A stretch of DNA of 52,459 nt from Gammaproteobacteria bacterium (GCA_036986095.1 BTQX01000001.1:1-52459); one strand, 5' to 3'. Positions 19,967-30,400 are shown, counted from the first letter of the stretch. Notes: generated from the sequence alone by a model not told the origin. Made by a program: numbers and translations.

Positions 19967-20061
19967 ACCGGACTCCACTCGATGTGTGCTACACATTAGC
20001 ACATTTGTCAGGTAGACAACTGTGTCGGAGCCAAGTTCAGGCGTGCGGTGAACAGATAACC

Positions 20062-20111
20062 GGGGTCAGATACCAGTTTTCTCTTCTATTAGAAAAATTG
20101 AGATCTGACCC
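20062..20111. repeat. Long REP-like hairpin (GGGGTCAGAT ... ATCTGACCC with inner TTTTCT/AGAAAA pairing)
   Basis: It has a 9-bp outer stem and a 6-bp inner stem, read directly. It lies between two minus-strand genes and could act as a terminator or attenuator. Confidence 0.6.
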
Positions 20112-20142
20112 AGGTTTTAAAAGGTTTTTTTAAAGCCTGTCT

Positions 20143-21510
20143 TCAGTTGACGACGACCATCTGGTGAGCCACGTCACGCACCTTAATCTTGCCGATCACC
20201 TTGAGTTGCTTCGCATCAACGACCCAGATAAAGGGTTTTTTCCTGCTGGATACGTAGATCTTGCCGGTGTTACCGATCACCTTGACATGATAGGGCGCTG
20301 GAGCGAGCTTCAGGGTTCGCATCTTCCCGGTTTTGACATCGAGCGCTACCAGCTTGTTGTCCTTTTTTGCACTGGCGTACAAGGTCTCGCCATCAGCCGA
20401 GATATCAATGCCATGGGGATTATTGCCAATGGTATATGTTTTCACCACCTTGAGTTTTTCCAGAGAAACCCTGGATATTGTTCCATCACGGCCATTATTG
20501 GTATAGATGAACTTCTCGTCCGGAGACATCACGATGTGCTCCGGTCCCTTGCCAACCAGTATATTCCTGCTGACGATCCAGTTTTTGGTATCGATTATAC
20601 TGAGTGTGTTATTGCCCGCATTGCTCACGTACATCTGCTCACCGTCCTGGGTCATCGCGACATAGTTCGGTTGCGGCCCAGTATAGATGTTGCGGAAAAT
20701 TTTCTTCGTGGCCAGATCAATCAAACTGATCGTTCCGTTAGTCGTGTGAGTAGATACGGCGTACTTCCCATCCGGTGTAACAAATGTGTGATGCGCCATA
20801 CCCCTGACCTTGATGAGAGATTCCAGTTTGTTATCCGCAATCCGAACCAGTGCAACTCCGCTGATGCCTACCGCGGGCAGCAATCCACCTGCCGCGGGTG
20901 CATGGTGCTTTTTGTGATCCGCATCCGACATACCTTTGGGTTTTGCCATCGTGGACTGGCCATGTTTGTCTGCGCCGCCATGGTCCTTAGTCGCAGGTTC
21001 AGCCATTGCCTTCGGCTTGCCGCCCATCATAGCTGAATGATCCTGTGTCTTTGCAGCGCCACTCGGTTGTGGATGATGTTTCGCATGATCCGCTGCTGAT
21101 ACACCGGCAGGCTTCGCCATCACGGCTGGAGCAGATTTTGGCATATCAGTTTTGGGTGGTGCCTTTCCATACCCCGCCGCGGGTGCGCCGCCATGCCCCG
21201 CCATCCCTGCTGGAGCAGATTTTTGCTTACCTATACTACCTGACATCTTTCCATGCCCCGCCATTTTCGGGCGGCCCACGAACAATTCATCGTTTGAGCC
21301 TGCAACCAGATACTCGCCATTTGGTGTCAATGACAGGCCGTGTATATTTTTAAAACCACGGATTTTGCCGATTTCCTTGTCCGTTGCCGCATCCACGATC
21401 ATTATTTCATTCGCAGTGCCAAGCGGTATATATACAGTGGGACTTGCCAGTGATGCCAGCGGAGCCAACATGGCGGCCCCACCGAGGAGCACAAATTTGA
21501 ATTTATTCAT
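20143..21510 (-). CDS. YVTN-type beta-propeller protein with a roughly 150-aa Met/His/Lys/Ala/Pro-rich insert
   Basis: The 455-aa product has a signal peptide. Repeated blades have the form P..I..SPDGK.LYV.N...N.LS.ID (for example PEHIVMSPDEKFIYTNNGRDGTISRV and PHGIDISADGETLYASAKKDNKLVALD). The insert contains MAGHGKMSG, GMAGHGG and duplicated AKPAGVSAADHAKHHP / AKPKGMSDADHKKHHAP. Confidence 0.7.
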   Translation of the reverse strand: MNKFKFVLLGGAAMLAPLASLASPTVYIPLGTANEIMIVDAATDKEIGKIRGFKNIHGLSLTPNGEYLVAGSNDELFVGRPKMAGHGKMSGSIGKQKSAPAGMAGHGGAPAAGYGKAPPKTDMPKSAPAVMAKPAGVSAADHAKHHPQPSGAAKTQDHSAMMGGKPKAMAEPATKDHGGADKHGQSTMAKPKGMSDADHKKHHAPAAGGLLPAVGISGVALVRIADNKLESLIKVRGMAHHTFVTPDGKYAVSTHTTNGTISLIDLATKKIFRNIYTGPQPNYVAMTQDGEQMYVSNAGNNTLSIIDTKNWIVSRNILVGKGPEHIVMSPDEKFIYTNNGRDGTISRVSLEKLKVVKTYTIGNNPHGIDISADGETLYASAKKDNKLVALDVKTGKMRTLKLAPAPYHVKVIGNTGKIYVSSRKKPFIWVVDAKQLKVIGKIKVRDVAHQMVVVN

Positions 21511-21719
21511 GTTTTTTCACCTTTTTGTATTAGTAAAAATAAATTAGTAAATTGTCCGTTACCGATCGGCTATTACTATTCGTGCTGGTCGATCAAAAAA
21601 CGCGTTTTTACCACTGAAGCCAAGAATAGAACCTATGTGTTACATACAGGTCAAGATATATTATCAAATTTTAGCGACTATCAGGCGAAAATCGGAACCA
21701 AATCCCGCGTTCTCTTCAA

Positions 21720-22133
21720 CTATTTGAAAAACCCTTTAGCCATGTTCGCCACACCGTCCAGTCCACCGAGAGAGTCCAGTAAGCTGCCTCCCTTGCTGCC
21801 ATTGTCCACCATTTGTGGAATTACTTTAGCCAGGGTTTCAAGCAGGGAGTCCTGATCTGTCCCCAGTTGCGCAGCGGTCTGCTGAAGACGGTCAGTATCG
21901 ATGACATCCTGCAGCTGTGAAGTGCTGATAGCAGAATTTTCACCGTCGCCAAGCCATGACTGTACAATTTCGCCAAGACCGCCACTGCCTTGCATCTTTG
22001 CGACCAGCGACCCGATATCCATACTGTCTCCGTCACCAATCAGTTTGCCAAGTACCTCCTGTAAACTGCCGGAATCGGTATCGCCGCCCAGTTGCTGAGC
22101 CATAATTTGTGCGCCCATTTGCAGTAAGTTCAT
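21720..22133 (-). CDS. YidB-like (DUF937) protein
   Basis: The 137-aa acidic, Gly-rich product has the family-typical SWLGDGENSAISTSQLQ and LLETLAKVIPQMVD segments. Confidence 0.6.
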   Translation of the reverse strand: MNLLQMGAQIMAQQLGGDTDSGSLQEVLGKLIGDGDSMDIGSLVAKMQGSGGLGEIVQSWLGDGENSAISTSQLQDVIDTDRLQQTAAQLGTDQDSLLETLAKVIPQMVDNGSKGGSLLDSLGGLDGVANMAKGFFK

Positions 22134-22156
22134 TAGACCACCTTGTTTTAAGTAAG

Positions 22157-22176
22157 TGGTTTGACTATACCGTCAT
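22157..22176. repeat. Second copy of the 20-bp motif TGGTTTGACTATACCGTCAT
   Basis: It is an exact match to 17642-17661 and lies 24 bp upstream of the yidB-like start codon on the minus strand. Confidence 0.8.
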
Positions 22177-22210
22177 GCATATCCAGGTTCAATCGCGCGG
22201 GTACTCAAAT

Positions 22211-22531
22211 TCACGAGTCAAGGGATCTTTCTTTCCATACCACAAACACGGCAGGGAACACAACCAGTACCATGAAAAGCGCCGAGATCACGCCACCTAC
22301 CATTGGCGCTGCGATGCGTTTCATCACATCGGCGCCGGTACCATCACTCCACAGGATGGGAACCAGACCCAGAAACAGCACCATGCCGGTCATTAACATC
22401 GGGCGTATACGTTGACCCGCACCCTCTGCAATCGCTTTTGATAAATCCTCCCTGTTGCGTAGCTGCCCTGTTTCTTTTCTCTGATTGTAACTTAACCCTA
22501 ATCCGGGTAGATATAAGGTCATGTTTTTCAT
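22211..22531 (-). pseudogene. Truncated 3' remnant of a second CusA/CzcA-type RND pump gene
   Basis: The 106-aa ORF matches only the last roughly 90 residues of the intact pump at 27428..30703. The stretch GQLRNREDLSKAIAEGAGQRIRPMLMTGMVLFLGLVPILWSDGTGADVMKRIAAPMVGGVISAL is identical in both. Nothing pump-like lies upstream of it. Confidence 0.85.
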
Positions 22532-22854
22532 GCCTTATTATCTCATTTTAGGCAGAATCAAGCAGCCTTGATTTACATGCTAAACACCCTTAACTTAGTG
22601 CCATTCGGTACTGACCCCTTTACTGCTTGAAAAATCATGCGCCGCTTACTGCGCTCCATCGCCAGGGGTGAAGAAATCACCCAGGATATATCCACCTTGG
22701 AAAATGAGGATATCGTCAAGTAGTTGCAGGGAAAGGAATAGATTTATTTGAAACATTCCAATGAATGATTGCTTACGGGTATAATCAAGTTCACACGCAA
22801 AAAAATGCTGCAATTTTCACTATATACAGACAATAAAATGTACAGGTAATAATA

Positions 22855-24030
22855 ATGGCACAAAGTTTCAATCCTACACCGAGAACCTTGATGGGCCCCG
22901 GTCCATCAGATGTACACCCGCGCATATTATCTGCACTGGGCCGCCCCACCATTGGTCACCTTGACCCCGAGTTTGTCTCGATGATGGACGAGGTTAAGGG
23001 TCTGTTGCAATATGCATTTCAAACTAAAAACGAATTAACCATACCTGTGTCGGCTCCGGGTTCTGCCGGTATGGAAACCTGCTTTGTCAATATGATCGAA
23101 CCGGGAGACAAAGTTGTCGTCTGCCAAAACGGGGTCTTCGGTGGACGTATGAAGGAAAATGTCGAACGACTCGGATGTATTGCGATCATGGTTGAGGACG
23201 AGTGGGGTAAACCCGTAAACCCGCAAAAAGTGGAAGACGCCCTGAAGGCTAATGCCGATGCCAGGGTTGTCGCTTTCGTTCACGCAGAAACATCTACCGG
23301 CTCTGCATCGGATGTTAAAACCCTGTGTGAAATTGCTCACAAACACAATTGCGTGACTATCGTTGATACCGTGACCTCGCTGGCAGGCAGCGAACTGCGC
23401 GTGGATGACTGGGGCGCGGATGCCGTGTATTCAGGCACTCAGAAATGCCTGTCCTGCACACCTGGCATCTCTCCTGTCACCATGAGCGAGCGGGCCGTCG
23501 AAATCATCAAGAACCGCAAAACCCGTGTGCAGAGCTGGTTTCTCGACCTGAACCTGGTCATGGGTTATTGGGGAAGCGGCAAACGCACCTATCATCACAC
23601 CGCGCCCATTAACGCCCTGTATGCCCTGCACGAATCACTAGTGATGTTGCGGCAAGAAGGCCTGGAAAAAGCATGGCAACGACATAAGGATAATCACCTG
23701 GTTTTACGCGCTGGTTTGGAGGCCATGGGTCTCGAATTTATTGTCGAGGAGAAATACCGCTTACCGCAATTGAATTCGGTCACTATTCCGCAGGGTGTTG
23801 ATGAAGCGCTGGTACGTAGCCGATTATTGAATGAGTTCAATCTGGAGATCGGTGCTGGCCTTGGCAGCCTGGCAGGCAAGGTCTGGCGTATCGGATTAAT
23901 GGGCTACAGCAGTCGAGCTGAAAACATCATGCTCTGTCTGGGGGCATTAGAGGCCATACTCAGTGATATTGGGGCAAATATTAATACGGGTATTGCCATC
24001 GCCGCCGCCCAGAAACAAATGGCGGCATAG
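22855..24030 (+). CDS. sga: Class V aminotransferase, serine-glyoxylate / alanine-glyoxylate type
   Basis: The 391-aa product has the AGXT-family pattern with the PLP lysine in YSGTQKCLSCTPGISP. It is adjacent to mtkAB and malyl-CoA lyase. Confidence 0.7.
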   Translation: MAQSFNPTPRTLMGPGPSDVHPRILSALGRPTIGHLDPEFVSMMDEVKGLLQYAFQTKNELTIPVSAPGSAGMETCFVNMIEPGDKVVVCQNGVFGGRMKENVERLGCIAIMVEDEWGKPVNPQKVEDALKANADARVVAFVHAETSTGSASDVKTLCEIAHKHNCVTIVDTVTSLAGSELRVDDWGADAVYSGTQKCLSCTPGISPVTMSERAVEIIKNRKTRVQSWFLDLNLVMGYWGSGKRTYHHTAPINALYALHESLVMLRQEGLEKAWQRHKDNHLVLRAGLEAMGLEFIVEEKYRLPQLNSVTIPQGVDEALVRSRLLNEFNLEIGAGLGSLAGKVWRIGLMGYSSRAENIMLCLGALEAILSDIGANINTGIAIAAAQKQMAA

Positions 24031-24083
24031 CTACAGAAAACGGTTTAACACTCGGTAGATTAGGCTTGACCAGGTTAGGGCGT

Positions 24084-24983
24084 TTACGCCTGTTTGACCC
24101 TTTTTGGTTTTAGTTGCGATAAGACTTTCTCAACAGTCTCGCCAATATTGGCGGGATTACGCACGACATGTATGCCGAGTTTTTCCATGCGATTCATTTT
24201 TACCTCGGCGGTGTCGGCATCACCTGAAATTAGTGCACCGGCATGACCCATTCTGCGGCCCGGTGGCGCTGAAGTACCAGCGACAAAACTGATAATCGGT
24301 TTGCTCATGTTCTCCCTGGCCCACAAAGCGGCATCCACCTCCTGAGGCCCTCCGATCTCCCCGATCATCACCACCGCATCCGTCTCCGGGTCCTTCTCGA
24401 ATGCATTCAACACGGTAATAAAATCACAACCATTAACGGGATCGCCACCAATACCAACACTGGTAGACTGCCCAAGACCTCGCTCGGTCATTTGTTCAAC
24501 CGCCTCGTAATTCAGCGTGCCCGAGCGCGACACCACGCCGATACGGCCGGGCTTATAGATGTGTGACGGCATAATGCCCACCTTGCATTCACCAGGCGTA
24601 ATAATCCCGGGGGTATTCGGGCCGATAATTATGGCCTCATGCCCAATTAGATAACGTTTTACACGCACCATGTCCTGAACCGGTATACCATCAGCAATAA
24701 CCACGATAATTTTAATATGGGCATCGATGGCCTCCATGATGGCATCGGCAGCAAATGCGGGTGGCACAAAAATAGCAGAAACATCGGCACCGGTTTCCTC
24801 TACCGCGGCCTCCACGGTATGAAATACCGGCAAGCCAAGATGGCTGCTCCCGCCCTTACCAGGCGTTACACCGCCCACCACCTGCGTCCCCCCTCTCATG
24901 GCTTCATCAGCGTGAAACGAGGCATGTTGCCCGGTAAATCCCTGGAAAATAACTTTTGAAGTTTTTCCGACAAACACGCTCAT
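24084..24983 (-). CDS. mtkB: Malate-CoA ligase (malate thiokinase) alpha subunit, SucD-like
   Basis: It has SucD-family motifs ([15 protein letters not shown] and the phosphohistidine loop MGHAGA). It overlaps the beta subunit gene by 4 bp. I assign mtk rather than suc from the linkage to malyl-CoA lyase. Confidence 0.75.
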   Translation of the reverse strand: MSVFVGKTSKVIFQGFTGQHASFHADEAMRGGTQVVGGVTPGKGGSSHLGLPVFHTVEAAVEETGADVSAIFVPPAFAADAIMEAIDAHIKIIVVIADGIPVQDMVRVKRYLIGHEAIIIGPNTPGIITPGECKVGIMPSHIYKPGRIGVVSRSGTLNYEAVEQMTERGLGQSTSVGIGGDPVNGCDFITVLNAFEKDPETDAVVMIGEIGGPQEVDAALWARENMSKPIISFVAGTSAPPGRRMGHAGALISGDADTAEVKMNRMEKLGIHVVRNPANIGETVEKVLSQLKPKRVKQA

Positions 24984-26152
24984 TGTTTCTTCTCATTAAT
25001 CACTTCGATTATTTTTTTTGCTGCCGTATCCAGTTTCGCTGCCTTGATGTATTCCAAACCCGATTCTTCCAATATGATCCAGCCTTGTTCGACGTTAGTA
25101 CCCGCCAGCCTCACAACAACCGGCACCTTGATCTCCTGGTCGCGTATGGCCTGCACTATGCCTTTTGCAATCCAGTCACAGCGATTGATTCCAGCAAAAA
25201 TATTCAGCAGTATTCCTTTGACGTTCGGATCTTCGAGTACGATACGAAAAGCGTTGGCAATTTTCTCCGGAGATGCCCCTCCTCCCACATCAAGGAAATT
25301 TGCCGGACAACCACCATGTAATGCTATTGAATCCATTGTCGCCATGGCCAGTCCGGCGCCATTAACGATGCAACCAACGTTTCCATCCAGGGCGATATAA
25401 TTCAGGCCGTGCCCCGAAGCATCGATTTCCTTGGAGTCTTCTTCATCAAAATCACGGAGATCGGTAATGTCGGGGTGACGAAAAAGTGCGTTATCGTCAA
25501 AGGACATTTTTGCATCCAGCGCCACCAGTTCGTCGCCTTCAACCAACGCTAATGGATTAATTTCTGTCAGCAAGGCATCCTTGTCACGAAAACATCGGTA
25601 CAGGCGTTTCATTAATTTCACACCAGCCTGCATCTGTTTACCTACAAGACCGATACGTGCGCATACCTTGCGACACTGAAACTCATGTAGACCTACTGCG
25701 GGATCAATGATTTCCTTGATGACTTTTTCCGGAGTCTCGTTGGCCACTTGCTCAATATCCATGCCCCCCGATGAAGAGGCAATCAAGGTGATGCGCTGGG
25801 AAGCGCGATTAATTACAAGCCCCAGATAAAACTCTTTATTGATGTTAAGGGCTTGTTCAACCAATACACGTTGAACCAGATATCCATTATTGTCAGTCTG
25901 ATTTGTCACCAGCCTGGAACCTATCATCTGATCTGATAATTTCTGGACTTCCTCGATTGAACCAGCGATTTTTACCCCACCACCCTTGCCACGGCCGCCA
26001 GCATGAATTTGGGCTTTTACCACCCAGCGTGAGCCTCCTATTTCATCGGCAACTGAACCGGCATGACTAATGGTATGGGCAACACGTCCAGCCGGAACGG
26101 GTACGCCATAACTTTTTAGAAGTTCCTTTGTCTGATATTCGTGAATATTCAA
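24980..26152 (-). CDS. mtkA: Malate-CoA ligase beta subunit, SucC-like
   Basis: It has the ATP-grasp N-terminus MNIHEYQTKELLKSYGVPVP...VVKAQIHAGGRGKGGGVK. The operon order is mcl-mtkA-mtkB. Confidence 0.75.
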   Translation of the reverse strand: MNIHEYQTKELLKSYGVPVPAGRVAHTISHAGSVADEIGGSRWVVKAQIHAGGRGKGGGVKIAGSIEEVQKLSDQMIGSRLVTNQTDNNGYLVQRVLVEQALNINKEFYLGLVINRASQRITLIASSSGGMDIEQVANETPEKVIKEIIDPAVGLHEFQCRKVCARIGLVGKQMQAGVKLMKRLYRCFRDKDALLTEINPLALVEGDELVALDAKMSFDDNALFRHPDITDLRDFDEEDSKEIDASGHGLNYIALDGNVGCIVNGAGLAMATMDSIALHGGCPANFLDVGGGASPEKIANAFRIVLEDPNVKGILLNIFAGINRCDWIAKGIVQAIRDQEIKVPVVVRLAGTNVEQGWIILEESGLEYIKAAKLDTAAKKIIEVINEKKQ

Positions 26153-26177
26153 ACCGATCTCCTGCGTTTAGAATCGC

Positions 26178-27137
26178 CTATCTCGATGCAATATGGTCTG
26201 ACTTGTCTACAAGTACGCGCGCTTGCCGGATTGATGCGGCATCGATTAACCGACCGTCAAGTGTGACCGCTCCCTTGCCTTCTGTTGCTGCTTGCTCCAT
26301 TGCCTTTAATATACGACGTGCTCGGTCAACCTCCTGTTCTGCCGGTGTGAACACCTCATTGGCCAATGCAATCTGGGAAGGATGTATCGCCCACTTACCC
26401 TCGACTCCGAGAGCCGCCACCGACCGTGCAACCGAAAGATAACCGTCGGTATCTGTAATATCACCGAACGGACCATCGATAGGACGTAGACCATAGGCTC
26501 GACATGCTACCACCATACGTGAAAGAGCAAAGTGCCATTGATCACCCAAATGGCGTTGTCGTTCACCGTTCTCATCCGCATCACTCAAAACGGCGTAGTC
26601 GGGATTCGCACCCCCCATCTGTGTCGTGCGTGCCTGGGTAGAGGCGGCATAATCCGCCACACCGAATACCATGGCTTCCATTCTTTCCGGACAGGTTTGT
26701 GCGATTTTTTCGACATTGGCCATACCCAACGCTGTTTCAATCAGCACATGGATATTTATCGGCTTAAGATTCATTGCTGCCTCGATCTGTTCCAGCATAG
26801 TCGAGACATACAATATATCTGATGGCGTACCAACCTTGGGTATCAGAATCGTGTCCAGCTTATCGCCCGCCTGCTCAACCACATCAACGATATCCCGATA
26901 GCAATAATAAGTATCCAGGCCATTGATACGCATGGACACCGAACACTTTGACCAGTCGTAAGAATTCAGGGCGGAAATTACATTCTTCCGTGCCTGCTCC
27001 TTGTCATCGGGAGCAACTGCATCTTCCAGGTCGAGAAATACGAGATCGGCGCCAGCTGTCGGCGCTTTTTCAAGCATGCGGGGATTGCTTCCAGGTACAG
27101 CAAGTTCACTTCGATGTAACCGATTTCTGACGGCCAT
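26178..27137 (-). CDS. mcl: L-malyl-CoA/beta-methylmalyl-CoA lyase (HpcH/HpaI aldolase family)
   Basis: The N-terminal stretch LHRSELAVPGSNPRMLEKA....ADLVFLDLEDAVAPDDKEQARKN...AL......MRINGLDT.Y.YRD.VD.VE matches what I recall of methylotroph MclA. Confidence 0.85.
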   Translation of the reverse strand: MAVRNRLHRSELAVPGSNPRMLEKAPTAGADLVFLDLEDAVAPDDKEQARKNVISALNSYDWSKCSVSMRINGLDTYYCYRDIVDVVEQAGDKLDTILIPKVGTPSDILYVSTMLEQIEAAMNLKPINIHVLIETALGMANVEKIAQTCPERMEAMVFGVADYAASTQARTTQMGGANPDYAVLSDADENGERQRHLGDQWHFALSRMVVACRAYGLRPIDGPFGDITDTDGYLSVARSVAALGVEGKWAIHPSQIALANEVFTPAEQEVDRARRILKAMEQAATEGKGAVTLDGRLIDAASIRQARVLVDKSDHIASR

Positions 27138-27427
27138 AAATTGCCCTTAAAAGAAACTATGTTAAGAATAGGAAAAGAATAGGAAATCCAACGGCCTTCG
27201 CCACTGGAAGCTGATGATACACCAGCACCTCTAACCTGTCATGCAGACAAATTTTCTTGCGAACATAGCTATAGCTAAGGGGTCAGTGCCCTTAAACTCA
27301 TTTCTCCAGCTTCCCCTTGAATTTCCTGGGTCTACCACGTCGAGCTTGTCCTACTTTTACATCCAGCAATTTTTCTATTTCTTACTTGAATCGTCCCTAC
27401 CACAGTGTTCCGCTACAACCCAATTTC

Positions 27428-30400
27428 TTATTGGTTGAATTCAAGCCCCAGAAGATTCCTAGAGTCACCAGGATGTGACATCCCGCATCCTCGCCATACT
27501 GCAAACACAGCCGGGAATACCACCAGCACCATTAGTAGCGCCGAGATCACGCCGCCGACCATCGGCGCGGCGATGCGCTTCATCACATCGGCGCCGGTAC
27601 CATCACTCCAGAGGATGGGAACTAGCCCCAGAAACAGGACCATGCCGGTCATTAACATCGGTCGTATGCGCTGACCTGCACCCTCGGCAATTGCCTTTGA
27701 TAAATCTTCTCTGTTGCGCAGCTGTCCTGCTTCCTTTTTCTGGCTGTAGCTTAACCCTAAGTACAGCATCATCAGTATGCCCATCTCTGCATCCAGCCCG
27801 GCCAGCGCTATCATCCCGACCCATACCGCGACACTGAGGTTATAATCGAGGAAATACAATATCCATATTGCACCAACCAGCGAAAATGGAATGGCTATAA
27901 GTATGATGATTGCTTCCGTGATGGATTTCCGGTTAAGAAACAGCATAAAGAAAACAATAAACAGGGTCAGTGGGATGAGCACCTTGAACTTGTCCCGGGC
28001 ACGTTCAAAATACTTGAACTGTCCGGCCCAGGCGATGCGATAACCTGCCGGGATGTTGACCTTTTCATTGACGACCTGACGGGCCAGATTGACATAATCG
28101 GCGATGCCAATATCTTTTACATCGACAAATACAAAGCCGACCAGTTGGCCATCTTCATTCCTCAGCATAGGCGGGCCGGTCAGAAATTTCAGCTCGGCCA
28201 GCTGGCTGATGGGAATTTGTGCGCCACCGGGTGTCGGCACCAGTACACGTTTTAGTGCTTCCGGATTATCACGAAAATCTCGTGCATAGCGCATGTTGAT
28301 GGCGTAGCGCTCACGGCCTTCAATGGTTTCAGAGACCTTAAGGCCACCGACAGCAGCCATCAGTGCATCCTCTACATCGCCGACGGTCAGGCCATAGCGG
28401 GCTATCTGTTCGCGATCTATTTCAAAGTCCATAAAGTAGCCACCGGTCAGTCTTTCGGCGAAGGCACTGCGGGTGAAGGCTTTTGTACGGTCATCGCCCT
28501 GCAGTGCCTTTTCGATAGCCACGGCGGTGGCTTCAATGCTGGCCAGGTCGGTACCGAAGACCTTAATCCCCAGGGCTGAACGTATGCCGGTGGCCAGCAT
28601 CTCGGTACGTGTCTGAATCGGCATCCACCAGATATTCGGCATACCGGGATAGCGCATTTCTTCATCCATTTCGGCGATCAGTCCATCCCAGGTCAGTCCT
28701 TCGCGCCATTGGTCTCTGGGCTTCAGGGTGATGACAGTTTCTACCATGGATAACGGTGCGGGATCGGTGGGACTGGTCGATCGGCCGATCTTGCCAAACA
28801 CCCGTTCTACCTCCGGAAATTTCATCAATTGCCTGTCCATGGACTGTAAAACCTTGCCTGCCTCGGTAATCGACATGCCCGGCAATGCGGTTGGCATATA
28901 GAGGATGCTGCCTTCATTGAGCGGTGGCATGAATTCATTCCCCAGCCCTTTATAGGCAGGAACAATTTTTGAAAGTGGCGATAACGAACTACCGAGACCC
29001 GTTAATACGGGGATGGTAACTAGCATAGCCAGTACGGCAATAGAGATCACCAGATAGCGAAAGCGCACCGCAAAATGGACGACCGGGGTATAGAAATTTA
29101 CCAGCCATTTATTCAATGGGATTCTGTCACCGCGGATACGACCACGAATCAGTAACACGGCCAGTGCCGGGGTAAAGGTGATGGCAAGCAGGGCAGAAAA
29201 GCCCATCGAATAGGTTTTGGTGTAGGCCAGCGGCTTGAACAAGCGGCCCTCGGTGCCTTCCAGTGCAAATACCGGTAAAAAAGAGACAGTAATAATGAGC
29301 AGTGAGAAGAAGATGCTTGGTCCAACCTCCTGCATCGCCTTGATGACCACATCCCGATGTCGTTTCTTCATCAGGCCTTTGTCAGCACTGACGTCACTGC
29401 CTTCATACATCGCCTCAAGTCGTTTATGAATATTCTCGATAATCACGATGCTGGCGTCGACCATCGCTCCAATGGCCACCGCAATGCCACCTAAGGACAT
29501 GATATTGGCTGTCAGGCCTTGCGCCGACATGGGAATAAACGACAGCAAAATCGCTATCGGCAGGGTCAGTATGGCTATCAATGCCGATCGGAAATGCAGC
29601 AGAAAGACGATGATCACCAGAGACACAACAATCATCTCTTCGGTCAGGGTCGATTTAAGGGTGGCGATGGCGCGATTGATGAGATCCGAGCGATCATAGG
29701 TGATGACGACTTCTACCCCTTCAGGCAGCCCTTCTTTCACCTCTTCGAGTCGCTGCTTTACCCGTTCGATCACGGACAGCGTATCTTCCCCATAGCGCAT
29801 GATGACTATGCCGCCGACAGCCTCACCTTCACCATCCAGCTCGGCGATGCCGCGCCGCATGGCCGGGCCCAGAGTCACACTGGCAATGTCACGTACGGTT
29901 ATCGGTATGCCGCTATCACTAACGCCCAGACTAATCTTCTCAATATCTGCTCTGGACTGGATATAACCGCGACCGCGAATAAATTGTTCGTGCCCCGCGA
30001 TTTCCAGTACCCGGCCGCCGACATCATTATTGGAGCGACGAATTGCCTGTGCGACCTTTTGCAGTGAAATTCCAGTGGCCACAAGTTTATTGGGATCAAT
30101 ATTGATCTGATATTCCTTACTGAAACCGCCTATCGATGCGACCTCAGCCACCCCCTCAACTGATTCCAGCCAGTAGCGCAGGGTAAAGTCCTGCAGGCTA
30201 CGCAAGTCGGCCAGATTCTGCTTGCCAGTTTTATCCACCAGCGCATACTGGAATACCCAGCCGACACCGGTGGCGTCCGGCCCCAACGTCGGGCGGACTC
30301 CTTTGGGTAATTTGGCGACGGCCGTGTTGAGATACTCCAGTACTCGCGATCGGGCCCAGTAGATATCGGTACCGTCCTTGAAGATCACATAGACAAAACT

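Noticed and set aside
20164-21036. A 290-aa plus-strand ORF.
   Set aside because: It lies entirely antisense to the well-supported beta-propeller gene. Its composition is Arg/His/Cys-rich and typical of shadow frames, with no motifs.
22637-22723. A 28-codon mini-ORF ([28 protein letters not shown]) upstream of the aminotransferase gene.
   Set aside because: It has no Shine-Dalgarno sequence and no recognisable family, and it is too short to evaluate.
22601-27300. A short inverted match (ACTGACCCCTT at about 22611, AAGGGGTCAGT at about 27281) flanking the serine-cycle block, considered as terminal inverted repeats of an island.
   Set aside because: Only about 11-14 bp match, and the sequence belongs to the generic GGGGTC-type palindrome family seen all over the window. 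That is insufficient to define island ends.
29519-30067. A 182-aa plus-strand ORF inside cusA, along with many similar 60-130 aa ORFs inside other long genes.
   Set aside because: These are antisense or out-of-frame shadows of strongly supported genes. None has a recognisable motif.
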